From Planctomycetia bacterium (lineage in GTDB: Bacteria; Planctomycetota; Planctomycetia; Gemmatales; Gemmataceae), in NCBI GenBank assembly GCA_043720335.1, contig JAYSSW010000977.1:1-28842 (forward strand): 28,842 nt of DNA, in the 5' to 3' direction. Under the pieces are notes generated by a model. It saw only the letters and a program-made list of their open reading frames with translations, searched no databases and was not told the DNA's origin. This document shows, piece by piece, positions 1-9,856 of the stretch (position 1 is its first letter; the number at the start of each line of letters is the position of its first letter). The position numbers and the translations under genes were made by a program.

Positions 1-404
1 CTGAACTGCTTGAACAGCCGCCGCATGCCTTCGGCGTCCTGGCTGATGTTCGGGTAGACCTCGCTGTACGTCCCTTCGAGATAGGCGTGCGCGACGAGCG
101 ACGGCCCGCCGTGCCCGGGGCCGATGATGTAGATGACATCGAGGTCGTCGCGCTGGATGACGCGGTTGAGATGGACGCAGAGCATGTTCAGGCCGGGCGA
201 AGTCCCCCAGTGCCCCAGCAGCCTCGGCTTGACGTGCTCGCGCCGCAGCGGCTCCTTCAGCAGCGGATTGGCGAGCAGGTAGATCTGCCCGACCGAGAGG
301 TAGTTGGAAGCCCGCCAGTACGCGTTCATCTTCCGCAGCTCGTCCGCCGAGAGCGGCCCGGCCGTGTTGCTGACCGTCCAACGCGACGTTTCGGTGCTTG
401 GCAT
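1..404 (-). CDS. xfp: Phosphoketolase (XFP/XPK family), 5' part; runs off the left edge
   Basis: Not in the ORF track. Manual translation from ATG at 404 gives [73 protein letters not shown]...IIGPGHGGP...[11 protein letters not shown]. The [18 protein letters not shown] and GPGHG motifs are typical of the phosphoketolase N-terminus. Confidence 0.93.
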   Translation of the reverse strand, partial: MPSTETSRWTVSNTAGPLSADELRKMNAYWRASNYLSVGQIYLLANPLLKEPLRREHVKPRLLGHWGTSPGLNMLCVHLNRVIQRDDLDVIYIIGPGHGGPSLVAHAYLEGTYSEVYPNISQDAEGMRRLFKQF

Positions 405-499
405 GGGTGTTCCTTGGGTGTTAGGTCGCGTTGCGCGCAGACAGAAAAGTGCTCGCTGTGAATGCTTTGCTAGTCTACGGATGCGGTGACAACGGAGTG

Positions 500-1294
500 T
501 CAATCGGGCCGCTGTTGATAGGCTTTCAGGTCAGCATCGTGGATCTGATCGGGAGCGACAAGACGGTAGTGGCGTTCGTGAAGCACTACCACGCCATGTT
601 CCGAGTTGCAGAACTCGAAAAGGGCGATCAACTCGTCGTTCATGAACTGCGCGGCGAGCGGCCTGCATTGCAGCAGCGGGAACTTGTCCGCGCACATCGC
701 CATGTCCTGCTCGATCTGCACGACGTTCAGCAAATCGCGATTGCCTTTGACCTGCACAGGAAGGACGTAGTGCCCGCCCTTGCGGTCGAGGCCAACGTAG
801 ACCTCGTCGGTTTCCACCTGCCCCATTCCGGGGACAGTTGTCCTCAGATGGTTCTGCAACGAGTAGCAGGCGAGGCCCGTAAAGAGATCGATGAGCCGGT
901 TGTACCGCAGTTTCGCAAGCAAGGCTTGTTCATCGGTCTGGGCGTACATCTCGATCACGCCCGGCGTCGCATTCGGGATCTTGGTTTCTGCCATCATCGT
1001 GTGCGGCACGATGATCGACTGCTTGCTGAGGGCGAAGCGATAGCGTGCTGTTCCCGCAGGGCGAATGAGCCAAGTTTCACCCTCGGGCGCGGTGTCGCGG
1101 ATCGCCTGGGGAAGCTCGCCTCGGTAGCGGAAGGTGTAGATCAGATCGCCGAGATTCTTCGGCAGCTTGATCTGCAACTTCGCCGCGACCCGCACGATAT
1201 CCTCGCGTTCAAATTCAATCTCTCGGACGTCGGGCTGGTGGCGGTCCAGAAAGATCGTCTCGATGATCTTCTGGTAGCGGTTTGCCTTTTTCAT
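500..1294 (-). CDS. Putative type II restriction endonuclease (PD-(D/E)xK-like, D...QxK variant)
   Basis: 264-aa ORF with AGGA RBS 7 nt upstream, 17 nt downstream of a DNA methyltransferase. The segment [26 protein letters not shown] fits a PD-(D/E)xK catalytic core. Sampled lines are about 57-60% GC, lower than most of the window. Confidence 0.65.
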   Translation of the reverse strand: MKKANRYQKIIETIFLDRHQPDVREIEFEREDIVRVAAKLQIKLPKNLGDLIYTFRYRGELPQAIRDTAPEGETWLIRPAGTARYRFALSKQSIIVPHTMMAETKIPNATPGVIEMYAQTDEQALLAKLRYNRLIDLFTGLACYSLQNHLRTTVPGMGQVETDEVYVGLDRKGGHYVLPVQVKGNRDLLNVVQIEQDMAMCADKFPLLQCRPLAAQFMNDELIALFEFCNSEHGVVVLHERHYRLVAPDQIHDADLKAYQQRPD

Positions 1295-1311
1295 GTCGCG
1301 GTCCTGTGAGT

Positions 1312-2616
1312 TCAGCCGGGCCAGCGCAGCACGACGACTTCCTCGCGAAGCTGCTGCTTCGTCGCCGTGGCGAGGCGGGTGCGGAAGAGGTCGATGGAGA
1401 CGAGCTGGTAGCCAAGCGGCATCGCGAGGTCGGCGAGGATCTGGCCGGTGCGGATCATGACACGGAGGTACGACGCCTGGTCGCCGACGACGTAGGCCAG
1501 CTGGGCGCCGGGGCGCAGGAAGAGGCGCAGGCTGGCCAGGTGGCGCTGCATGCCGCCGAAGTAGAGCTTGGCGACGCGGGCGTACAGCCGCTCGAAGCCG
1601 GAAGTCTTGCCCAGTTCGATGCGGCGGGCCTCGATGGCCTGCGCGATGCGCTGGATCTCCGGGTGGTCGGCGACCTGGTCGTCGTCGTCGTCCGCTTTGT
1701 AGACGCCGCGCGTGTTGGAGCGGATCAGCGTGCGCTTCAGAGCTTGCAGGTCGGCCTTGCTGCGGACCAGGCCGAGCAGCACTGATTCCAGCCGTGTGGT
1801 CCGCGTGTAGTCCTTCTCGTTCGGATACGGCGGCGAGGTGATGACCGCGTCGAGCGAGTTCGGCGCCAGGAACGCCGCAAGGTCGCGCGAGTCGCCCAGA
1901 TGGATCGCGCTGGGGACTGCGGCGTTCGGCTGCACAAGAGGCAGGTCGTCAGCGATACGACGAACCTCGTGCAGCCAAGGGGCGATCACCGCGCAGTCTT
2001 CCTTCTTTCGACCAACGCCAACCTCCGGGCCGAAATGCAGGTTGCTGATCGAGAACACGACCGCTTTGGCAAACGCGAGCTGAAGGTGCTTCTTCTCGCG
2101 CGATTGGACGCGCTCCAAGCAATCGTGCAGCACGAGAACCTTGTGCAATGGCAGCGGGCTGATTGAGTCAGTCAGGATCAGCTTCGTCAACTCTTCCGAC
2201 AACGTGCGGCAGCGCGGCAACTGAGCCAGGTTCGCGGGCAACGGATCGTCCTCGATGCCGTCCGCCTGCATTTGCTCAATCGCTTGGTCGGCGACGCGGC
2301 TGGCTGCTCGGCGGAGCGAGTCCGCGTCGACCGTCCAGTCGGTTTTCACCTGGCAGGCGAGGTTCGCCATCGGGTTCGCTTCCACACCAACACCGGGGAT
2401 GCCAAGCTTCTTGCATTCGACGAGGGTGGTGCCGGTGCCACAGAAGGGATCGAGAACGAGTTGTTTCCGCGTGACGCCGAAGCGGACGAGGTAGTCGCGA
2501 ACCAGATGGGGTGGATACGACAGGACGAAGCGGAACCACTCGTGGACCGCCCGGTCTTCGTGGAGGACCTTGTTTGCTTCGCCATTGGAACGGGAAGCTG
2601 TCTTGCTGCGCACCAT
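1312..2616 (-). CDS. Amino-DNA methyltransferase, probably N4-cytosine, alpha motif order
   Basis: SAM-binding motif I (VLDPFCGTGTT) precedes catalytic motif IV (VITSPPY); SPPY is typical of m4C enzymes. Start placed at ATG 2616 because GGAG (2626-2623) lies 6 nt upstream; the ORF track extends to 2688. Confidence 0.88.
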   Translation of the reverse strand: MVRSKTASRSNGEANKVLHEDRAVHEWFRFVLSYPPHLVRDYLVRFGVTRKQLVLDPFCGTGTTLVECKKLGIPGVGVEANPMANLACQVKTDWTVDADSLRRAASRVADQAIEQMQADGIEDDPLPANLAQLPRCRTLSEELTKLILTDSISPLPLHKVLVLHDCLERVQSREKKHLQLAFAKAVVFSISNLHFGPEVGVGRKKEDCAVIAPWLHEVRRIADDLPLVQPNAAVPSAIHLGDSRDLAAFLAPNSLDAVITSPPYPNEKDYTRTTRLESVLLGLVRSKADLQALKRTLIRSNTRGVYKADDDDDQVADHPEIQRIAQAIEARRIELGKTSGFERLYARVAKLYFGGMQRHLASLRLFLRPGAQLAYVVGDQASYLRVMIRTGQILADLAMPLGYQLVSIDLFRTRLATATKQQLREEVVVLRWPG

Positions 2617-2719
2617 CGAAAACTCCACCGTCTCGTGCAAACCTTGAATCGGCTGAATCATGGCAGCAAATGAAGTGTCACGCAACACCCATCGCTTGCA
2701 TTCTCGGCTCGCCCCGCCG

Positions 2720-3598
2720 TCACTGGTCGTCCGGGCAGCGTTGGACGTCGACCTCGACCTTCACGACGTGCTGGCCGCCGCCGAGGATGACGCCTTTGAC
2801 GGGGCTGACGTCGTCGTAGTCGAGGCCCCAGGCGAGCAGGATGTGCTTGTCGGAGGGGATCTGGTTGTTGGTCGGATCGACGTCGATCCAGCCGGCGGCG
2901 GGGGAGAACGCCGACAGCCAAGCGTGCGAGGCGTCGGCGCCGACGAGGCGGGCCTGGCCGGGGGGCGGGTTGGTGACGAGGTAGCCGCTGACGTAGCGGG
3001 CCGCCAACCCCAGCGACCGCAGGCAGGCGATCTGCAAGTGCGCGAAGTCCTGGCACACGCCGCGCCGGCCCGCGAACACCTCGCTGAGCGGCGTCGCGAT
3101 CGTCGTCGCTTTCGGGTCGTACTTGAAGTCGTGGTGGATGCGCTGTGTCAGGTCGAGCAGCGCGTCGAGGAACGGCCGGCCGGGGCTGAACGACGGCAGC
3201 GCGTACGCCGCCAGGTCGTCGTTGGCGGCGGCGTAGCGCGAGTCGTAGACGTACTGGCACGCGTCGCGCACCGCCGGACTGAGGTCAGTCGCCAACTGGT
3301 CGCGCACCTTCTCCCACGGCTCCGTCTGCATCGGCATGCTGCGCGGCGACACCTGCACGACGTGCGTGGCCGACACCGACAGCCGGCGGTGCGGCGTCTG
3401 GATGGCGAAGAACGTGGCCGGGTTGCCGTAGTAGTCGACACGCTCGTGGAGCACCTGTGGCAGCGGCGAGATGGTCATCTCGGTGCGGCGCCGGGTCTGG
3501 TACGGCACGTCGCGCGGCGTGAGATGGACGACGTTCTGGCAGAGCGAGACCGGCGCCGTGTACTCGTAGGTCGTCGTGTGGTTCACTCGGTAGCGCAT
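2720..3598 (-). CDS. Transglutaminase-like protein with bacterial transglutaminase N-terminal domain (292 aa)
   Basis: Start at MRYRVNHTTTYEY (ATG 3598), overlapping the upstream gene's end by 16 nt. Cys-His-Asp triad motifs GVCQDFAH, ASHAW and WIDVDPTN. The ORF-track extension to 4048 overlaps the upstream gene. Confidence 0.92.
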   Translation of the reverse strand: MRYRVNHTTTYEYTAPVSLCQNVVHLTPRDVPYQTRRRTEMTISPLPQVLHERVDYYGNPATFFAIQTPHRRLSVSATHVVQVSPRSMPMQTEPWEKVRDQLATDLSPAVRDACQYVYDSRYAAANDDLAAYALPSFSPGRPFLDALLDLTQRIHHDFKYDPKATTIATPLSEVFAGRRGVCQDFAHLQIACLRSLGLAARYVSGYLVTNPPPGQARLVGADASHAWLSAFSPAAGWIDVDPTNNQIPSDKHILLAWGLDYDDVSPVKGVILGGGQHVVKVEVDVQRCPDDQ

Positions 3599-6264
3599 GG
3601 CGGCTCCTCGCCGGTCATCGACGAATCCCGCGACGGCGGGCCGGTGCCGAACGCGGCGTGCTGCATGTCGTTCGCGGACAGGTGGCGCGGAGCTTGCAAA
3701 TGGCTGAGGTAGGTCTGCGTGATGGCGTCCGACAGGACCGGCAGGATCGCAGTCAGGCGGCCGAGCAGTTCCTCGAGGTGGGGCCGACGGCCGCGGTCGG
3801 CCTGAGCCAGCAGCTCGATGTCGGCGAGGCGCAGTGCGGACAGGGCGGAGACCATCAGTCTCTGTTCGGGGCTGCGGCCGGGCCGGCTGCGGTCGCGCGG
3901 CAGGTGGTCCACGTCGTCCGCCAGCGCCGTCAATTGGAACGCCAGCGAGCGCGGGTTCGTCTCGTCGGCCAGCACCAGGTCCAGCACCGCCGTCGTCTGC
4001 ACGCTGCCGTGGTAGCGGCGCCGATACGTCATCGAGCAGTCGGCCCATTCGAGCAGCGCTTCGAGCAACAGCGTCTCATGCCAGGTGACGACGCCCAGCA
4101 CGCTGCGGACCACGCCGATCGTGCTGAGCGAGCGTTCGATCTTGCGGCCCATGTCGAGGAAACGCCAGCCTTCGCTGCGCGTGACGCTTTCCATCGCCAG
4201 CCCGCCGAACGCGGCCAACGAGAGGATGATGCGGTCGAGCTGTTCGAGTTCGCCGCTGAGCGTGGGGCGTCGGCCGTTCGTCGGGACTTCGCTTTCGGGA
4301 GCGGAGCGGCTGGCGGCGGGGACGCGCGTGTCGGATTGGCGATGTTCGGCGAGATCGGCGAGGACGCGCCACATGTCGTTGGAGATGCGGTCGCGCACCG
4401 TGCCCGCGACCCGGGCGAGGCCATTCAGCACCCACGCCAAACTGCCAGCGCGGCGCGGGTCGTTCATCACGGCGAGAAGCTCGGCTTCGGGGGCGGCGAG
4501 CCGCTTGTCGGAGCCGGCGCCGAGGAAGCCCGGCAGGCATTCGCTCTGCCGGGTGATCGTCTGCAACAACGTCGGCAGCTCCGGCGCCTCGGCCAGCCCC
4601 GACGCTTCGATGAGCCTTCGCAGCGCACCACGAAGCAGTCGCGTGAGCCCTTCCGCGCGTTCGGCGTAGCGGCCGAGCCAATACAGATTGTCGGCGACGC
4701 GGCTGGGCAGGTCGTTGCCGCCGCGCGTCAGCTCGACCGGCAGGCCGGCGGGGCGGAGCAGGCTGAACTCGTTGATCGGCGTGGCCGACTGGACCCAGGT
4801 GTCCTTGCTGCCGCCGCCGCGCTGCATCGACACGACCATCGTGCCTGCCGTGGCGCTAACGCGCGACAGTCCGCCCGGCATCACCATGTACGATCCGCCG
4901 TGCGCCACCGCGTAGGCGCGCATCACGACGTTGCGTGGCTGCAGGTGGCCATCGACCAGCACCGGCGCGGTCGAAAGGGCGATGCGCTCCTGGCCGACAA
5001 AAGCGCGGGGCTTCGCGCGGATCTTGTCAGCAAGACGTGAGCGCTCGTCGCGGCTCAGCTCGCCGCCGAAGACCGGCTCCATGCGGACGCCAGCCAAAGC
5101 GGGCTTCACGACCAGGTCGCCCAGGTTCGCCAGCACGTGCGAACAGGCGCGCGGCTCGCCGCACCACCAGGTCGCGACCGACGACAGCCGCAGTTCCTCG
5201 CCGAGCAGCCTACGGCACAATCCGGGCAGGAACGCGAGCAAGCCCGGCGTTTCCAGCAGGCCGCTGCCAAGCGAGTTGGCGACAGCGACGTTGCCCGCCC
5301 GCACCGCTTGCACCAGTCCGGGGATGCCGAGCGACGAATCGGGCCGAAGTTCGAGCGGGTCGCAGTAGTCGTCGTCGAGCCGGCGGAAGATCACGTCGAC
5401 CGGTTGCAGGCCGTCGAGCACCTTGAGGTAGACGTGGTTGTCGCGGACGGTCAGGTCGCCCCCTTCGACGAGCGTGTACCCCAGGTAGCGGGCGAGGTAG
5501 GCGTGCTCGAAATACGTTTCGTTGAAAGGGCCGGGCGTGAGCAGCACCACGCGCGGATTGTCGCGGTTCGTCGGCGCGATGGCGCGAAGCGTGTCGCGCA
5601 ACGCCCGGAAGAAAAGTGCGAGCCGCTGCACCTGGCATTCGCGGAACGTCTCCGGGAACATGCGCGACAGGACGATGCGGTTCTCCAACGCGTAGCCCGC
5701 GCCGGAGGGGGACTGCGTGCGGTCGCCCAGCACCCAGAACGCGCCGTCGGGAGCGCGGCCGATGTTGGCGGCGTAGAGATGCAGGCTCAGCCCGCCCGGC
5801 GGACGGAAGCCGTGGCATGAGCGCAGGAACGCGCGGTTGGGATAGACCAGCTCCGGCGGCAGCAGCCCCGACGCCAGCGAAGTTTGCGGGCCGTACAGGT
5901 CTTGCAGCAAGGCTTCGAGGAGTCGGCCGCGCTGCGCCAAGCCCGCTTCCAACCGGGCGGCGTCGGTCGGCGCGATCAGCAGCGGGATCGGATCGAGCTG
6001 CCAGGGGCGCTCCATGCCGCGCGGGTCGCCGTAGACGTTGTAGGTGACGCCGTTCTCGCGGATGAGGTGCTTGGCGTCCTCCCAGCGTCGCGTCAGTTCG
6101 GGGCGGCCCAGACGCTGCAACGATTGCAGGAACGCGCGCCAATGCGGACGCGCAGCGCCTGTCTCGTCGAGCGCCTCGTCGGGCGTTCCTCGGAACGGGG
6201 TGTAGCCGATCCAGTCCTCGCCCTGGGCGCGATTCGTTTCGGATAGCTCCTGGCTGACGGTCAT
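3583..6264 (-). CDS. Circularly permuted type 2 ATP-grasp protein fused to an alpha-E domain (893 aa)
   Basis: N-terminal motifs GVTYNVY, PWQLDPIP, PSGAGYALENR, YFEHAYLARYLG, VDVIFRRLDDDYCDPLEL, VMPGGLSRV and GGGSKDTWV. C-terminal alpha-E part with LPSRVADNLYWLGRYAERAE and FLDMGRKIER motifs and NPRSLAFQL. Confidence 0.92.
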   Translation of the reverse strand: MTVSQELSETNRAQGEDWIGYTPFRGTPDEALDETGAARPHWRAFLQSLQRLGRPELTRRWEDAKHLIRENGVTYNVYGDPRGMERPWQLDPIPLLIAPTDAARLEAGLAQRGRLLEALLQDLYGPQTSLASGLLPPELVYPNRAFLRSCHGFRPPGGLSLHLYAANIGRAPDGAFWVLGDRTQSPSGAGYALENRIVLSRMFPETFRECQVQRLALFFRALRDTLRAIAPTNRDNPRVVLLTPGPFNETYFEHAYLARYLGYTLVEGGDLTVRDNHVYLKVLDGLQPVDVIFRRLDDDYCDPLELRPDSSLGIPGLVQAVRAGNVAVANSLGSGLLETPGLLAFLPGLCRRLLGEELRLSSVATWWCGEPRACSHVLANLGDLVVKPALAGVRMEPVFGGELSRDERSRLADKIRAKPRAFVGQERIALSTAPVLVDGHLQPRNVVMRAYAVAHGGSYMVMPGGLSRVSATAGTMVVSMQRGGGSKDTWVQSATPINEFSLLRPAGLPVELTRGGNDLPSRVADNLYWLGRYAERAEGLTRLLRGALRRLIEASGLAEAPELPTLLQTITRQSECLPGFLGAGSDKRLAAPEAELLAVMNDPRRAGSLAWVLNGLARVAGTVRDRISNDMWRVLADLAEHRQSDTRVPAASRSAPESEVPTNGRRPTLSGELEQLDRIILSLAAFGGLAMESVTRSEGWRFLDMGRKIERSLSTIGVVRSVLGVVTWHETLLLEALLEWADCSMTYRRRYHGSVQTTAVLDLVLADETNPRSLAFQLTALADDVDHLPRDRSRPGRSPEQRLMVSALSALRLADIELLAQADRGRRPHLEELLGRLTAILPVLSDAITQTYLSHLQAPRHLSANDMQHAAFGTGPPSRDSSMTGEEPPCATE

Positions 6265-6323
6265 CGCGAAAGACGTTCCTCAACGGCGTATACGTCATGC
6301 TCTCGCGATATTGTACCAGCGCT

Positions 6324-9300
6324 CTACTTCGGCGGCGCCGCGCGGCGCAGGTCGAGCGTGAACGGGAAATCGGGGTTCGTCTCCACGGAGGGCGCTGCGG
6401 TCGCGCCGGGCGTGTGGCCGCCGGCGAAGAAACGCGAGCGGCGCCGCGACTCGGCCGAGTTGGCGTTGACGGGGAAGTCGTCGCGGTTGCGGCCGCCCGG
6501 ATGCGCGACGTGATGCTGGCAGCCGCCGATTGACCGGCCGTTCCAGGTGTCGATCAGGTCGAACACCAGCGGCGCGTGGACCGGGATCGTCGGGTGCAGG
6601 CACGAAGGCGGCTGCCAGGCGCGGTAGCGGACGCCCGCCACGAACTCGCCGTTGACGCCGGTCGGGTGGAGCGGCACGCGCCGGCCGTTGCAGGCGACGA
6701 CGTGCCGCGTGTCGACGAGGCCGCGCACCAGCAGCTGCACGCGCTCCAGCGAAGAGTCGACGTAGCGCGCCGTGCCTCCGCCAGTGGTTTCTTCGCCGAG
6801 AACGTGCCACGGCTCGATGGCTTGGCGCAGTTCGAGCGAGACGCCCCGGTAGGTCACGCTCCCCAACATCGGGAAGCGGAACTCCTGGTGCGGCGCGAAC
6901 CATTCGGTCTTGAGCGGGAAGCCCGATTGCCGCAGCTCGTCGATCAGGTCTTCGAAGTCCTGCTCGATGAAGTAGGGGAGCATGAAGCGGTCGTGCAGCT
7001 CGGTCCCCCAGCGGACCGGGCGCTGCGTCGCGGGGAATTTCCAGAATCGGGCGATGAGGGCGCGGATGAGCAGCTGCTGCACCAGGCTCATGCGGGCGTG
7101 CGGCGGCATCTCGAAGGCGCGCAGCTCGACGAGGCCGCGGCGGTCGCCGGCGGCGTCGGGGGAGTAGAGCTTGTCGATGCAGAACTCGGCGCGGTGGGTG
7201 TTGCCGGTCACGTCGATGAGCAGATGGCGGAAGACGCGGTCGACGAGCCAGGGCATGCCAGCATTGTCAGGAACCTGCTGGAAGGCGATTTCGAGTTCGT
7301 GGAGGTTGTCGTTGCGCGCTTCGTCGACGCGGGGGGCCTGGCTGGTTGGGCCGACGAAGAGGCCGGAGAAGAGGTACGACAGCGACGGATGGTTGTGCCA
7401 GCAGGTGAGCAGGCTGCGGAGAAGGTCGGGCCGGCGCAGCACGGGGCTGTCGGCGGGGGAGGGGCCGCCGAGGACGATGTGGTTGCCCCCGCCGGTGCCG
7501 ATGTGCCGGCCGTCCTGCATGAATTTTTCGGCGCCGAGCCGCGTGAAGTGCGCCTCCTCGTAGAGCGCGGTCGTGAGGTCCGCGAGTTCCTTCCAGGTGT
7601 GGGCGGGCTGGACGTTGACCTCGATGACGCCGGGGTCGGGGGTGATCTGGAAATGCGCCAGCCGATGGTCGCTGGGCGGCCGATAGCCTTCCAGCACGAC
7701 CGGCAGCGACAGCTCCGACGCGGTCGCTTCGACGGCGGCGACCAGCTCCAGGTAGTCTTCGAGTCGTTCGACGGGCGGCAGGAAGAGGTGCAGCGCGCCT
7801 CCGCGCGGTTCGACGCACAGCGCGGTGCGGATCAGGGCCGCCTTCGCCTTGTCCTGGCCGTTCCTTGCAGATGAAGTCGACGGCGCGATCTCAGCCGGTG
7901 ATTGGCGGAACAGGCTGCACGCGTCCGGCAGCGGGTCGCGCGGCGCTATCGGGTCGAGTTCGTGGACCACGTCGCGCTCCTCCTCCGCCTCCCAGGGCAG
8001 CTCGTCGAGCGGCAGCCGGTAGCCCATCGGCGAGTCGCCGGGCAGCAGGAAGAGACGCTCGCGGCGCAGGGGCCATTCGCCGCTTTCCCAGGGATCGCTT
8101 TCGGCGTGGCGGCGCAACGGCAGGGCGTAGCCGACGACGTGGTCCAGGCCGCGCTCGAAGATCATCGCCAGGCGGCGACGTTCCTCGGGGTCGTCGAGTT
8201 TGTTCTTCAGCGGATCGACGTTGACCGGCAGGCGCCGCTCGCGCCAGAGGTAGTACAGCGCGTCCTCGAAGGCGGCGATGCTGCGCTCGGCGGGGACGCC
8301 CAGCCGGGCCGCCAGCGACGCGAGGAAGCGGCGCGCGTCGTCGGGGCCGTGGCCGTGGTCGCGCTCCGGGTCGGCGTTCAGGCCGGGGTTGCTCCAGACC
8401 GGCACGCCGTCGCGGCGCCAGTAGCATCCGTAGGCCCAGCGCGGCAGCGATTCGCCGGGGTACCATTTCCCCTGGCCGTGGTGCAGGAACGCCCCTTTCG
8501 CGAATCGGCCGCGCAGCCGCTGCAGAAGCTCGCTGGCGAGCTTCTGCTTGCCCGCGCCGAGCGCGTCGAAGTTCCACTCCGGCGACTCGCGGTCGTCGAC
8601 CGACACGAACGTCGGTTCGCCTCCCATCGTCAGCCGCACGTCGTTCGCTTGCAGTTCACCATCGACGAACAGCCCCAGTTCGTTGATCGCCTGCCACTGC
8701 TCCTCGGTGTACGGCTTGGTGACGCGCGGAATCTCGCGGATGCGCGTGATCTTCATGGCGAAGTCGAAATCGACCTTCACCTTCTCGTCCTTCTCGCCCG
8801 GCGGCGGTGTCCACAGGTACGACCCCGTGATCGCGGCAGCGGACGGCGGCTCGGCAGCGCAGGCGAGCGGGATGTGTCCCTCTCCAGCGAGCAAGCCGGA
8901 AGTCGCGTCGAGGCCGATCCAGCCGGCGCCGGGCAGGTAGACCTCGGCCCAGGCGTGCAGGTCGGTGAAGTCGCTGGTCGGGCCTTCCGGGCCTTCGAGC
9001 GGCTTCACGTCGCCAACGAGTTGCAGCAGGTAACCCGACACGAAACGGGCCGCCATCCCCAGGCGGCGCAGCACCTGTACGAGCAGCCACGCCGAGTCGC
9101 GGCACGAACCTTTGCCCAACGTTAGCGTCTCCTCAGCCGACTGCACGCCAGGTTCCATGCGGACGATGTACTGCACTTCGCGCTGGACGTGCTGGTTGAT
9201 GGCGACGAGGTAGTCGACGTTGCGGATGTCGTGCTGCTGCACCTTCTTCACGAACGCGTCGAGCCGAGGCCCGGCCGGCGCCAGCTCCAGGTACGGGACC

Positions 9301-9641
9301 AACTCCTTCGCAAGGATCGGCTCATAGGTGAACGGCGACTTCTCCGCCGACGGCTCGACGAAGAAATCGAACGGGTCGAGCGGCGACATCTCGGCGACGA
9401 GATCGACCTCGACCGACAGCTCGCGCGCCGCCTTCGGGAAGACGATCCGGGCGAGGTAGTTGCCGTACGGATCCTGCTGCCAGTTCAGGTAGTGCGGTTC
9501 CGGCGTGACGCGCAGCGAATAGCTGACGATCGGCGTGCGGCAGTGCGCGGCCGGCCTCAGCCGAATGACGTGCGGCTCGAACGTGACCAGGTGGTCGTAG
9601 GTGTACTTCGTCTTGTGGTTCAGCGCCACCCGAATGGCCAT
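6324..9641 (-). CDS. Transglutaminase + DUF2126 putative COOH-NH2 (amido)ligase fusion (1105 aa)
   Basis: GGGAG RBS 6 nt upstream. N-terminal transglutaminase with GSCRDSAWLL and DLHAWAEVYLPGAGWIGLDAT. DUF2126 motifs RLTMGGEPTFVS, PDPGVIEVN, GTGGGNHIVLGG, GNTHRAEFCIDKLYSP and GLVELRAFEMPPH. Confidence 0.92.
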   Translation of the reverse strand: MAIRVALNHKTKYTYDHLVTFEPHVIRLRPAAHCRTPIVSYSLRVTPEPHYLNWQQDPYGNYLARIVFPKAARELSVEVDLVAEMSPLDPFDFFVEPSAEKSPFTYEPILAKELVPYLELAPAGPRLDAFVKKVQQHDIRNVDYLVAINQHVQREVQYIVRMEPGVQSAEETLTLGKGSCRDSAWLLVQVLRRLGMAARFVSGYLLQLVGDVKPLEGPEGPTSDFTDLHAWAEVYLPGAGWIGLDATSGLLAGEGHIPLACAAEPPSAAAITGSYLWTPPPGEKDEKVKVDFDFAMKITRIREIPRVTKPYTEEQWQAINELGLFVDGELQANDVRLTMGGEPTFVSVDDRESPEWNFDALGAGKQKLASELLQRLRGRFAKGAFLHHGQGKWYPGESLPRWAYGCYWRRDGVPVWSNPGLNADPERDHGHGPDDARRFLASLAARLGVPAERSIAAFEDALYYLWRERRLPVNVDPLKNKLDDPEERRRLAMIFERGLDHVVGYALPLRRHAESDPWESGEWPLRRERLFLLPGDSPMGYRLPLDELPWEAEEERDVVHELDPIAPRDPLPDACSLFRQSPAEIAPSTSSARNGQDKAKAALIRTALCVEPRGGALHLFLPPVERLEDYLELVAAVEATASELSLPVVLEGYRPPSDHRLAHFQITPDPGVIEVNVQPAHTWKELADLTTALYEEAHFTRLGAEKFMQDGRHIGTGGGNHIVLGGPSPADSPVLRRPDLLRSLLTCWHNHPSLSYLFSGLFVGPTSQAPRVDEARNDNLHELEIAFQQVPDNAGMPWLVDRVFRHLLIDVTGNTHRAEFCIDKLYSPDAAGDRRGLVELRAFEMPPHARMSLVQQLLIRALIARFWKFPATQRPVRWGTELHDRFMLPYFIEQDFEDLIDELRQSGFPLKTEWFAPHQEFRFPMLGSVTYRGVSLELRQAIEPWHVLGEETTGGGTARYVDSSLERVQLLVRGLVDTRHVVACNGRRVPLHPTGVNGEFVAGVRYRAWQPPSCLHPTIPVHAPLVFDLIDTWNGRSIGGCQHHVAHPGGRNRDDFPVNANSAESRRRSRFFAGGHTPGATAAPSVETNPDFPFTLDLRRAAPPK

Positions 9642-9856
9642 CGCGTGCTCCCGTAGCGGTTTGGTGCCATCGCTGCCGTTCGTGGGCGCGCAGCACTCCG
9701 AGAATCTAATGCGTTCGGTACGGCGGGGGGAGCGCCGCGAGGAAATCGGTCACGAATATCAGTCACGCCGACCGACCCGCGCCTTGGGATCCGCAGAATC
9801 GGCAAGGTTCAGCGCGGGGGACGCATCGCAGATTTTACGAATTCCCGCCGCCGACG

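Noticed and set aside
472-503. TTGACA and TAGACT on the minus strand as the xfp promoter
   Set aside because: The spacer is 20 nt, too long for sigma70, and TTGACA overlaps the nuclease stop codon.
2660-9125. Plus-strand and alternative-frame ORFs over the ligase/transglutaminase cluster
   Set aside because: Arg/Ala/Pro-rich shadow frames that fully overlap well-supported genes.
9655-9675. TGGCAC as a sigma54 promoter for the ligase cluster
   Set aside because: GG-to-GC spacing is 9 nt instead of 10, the TT before GC is missing, and the site is very close to the RBS.
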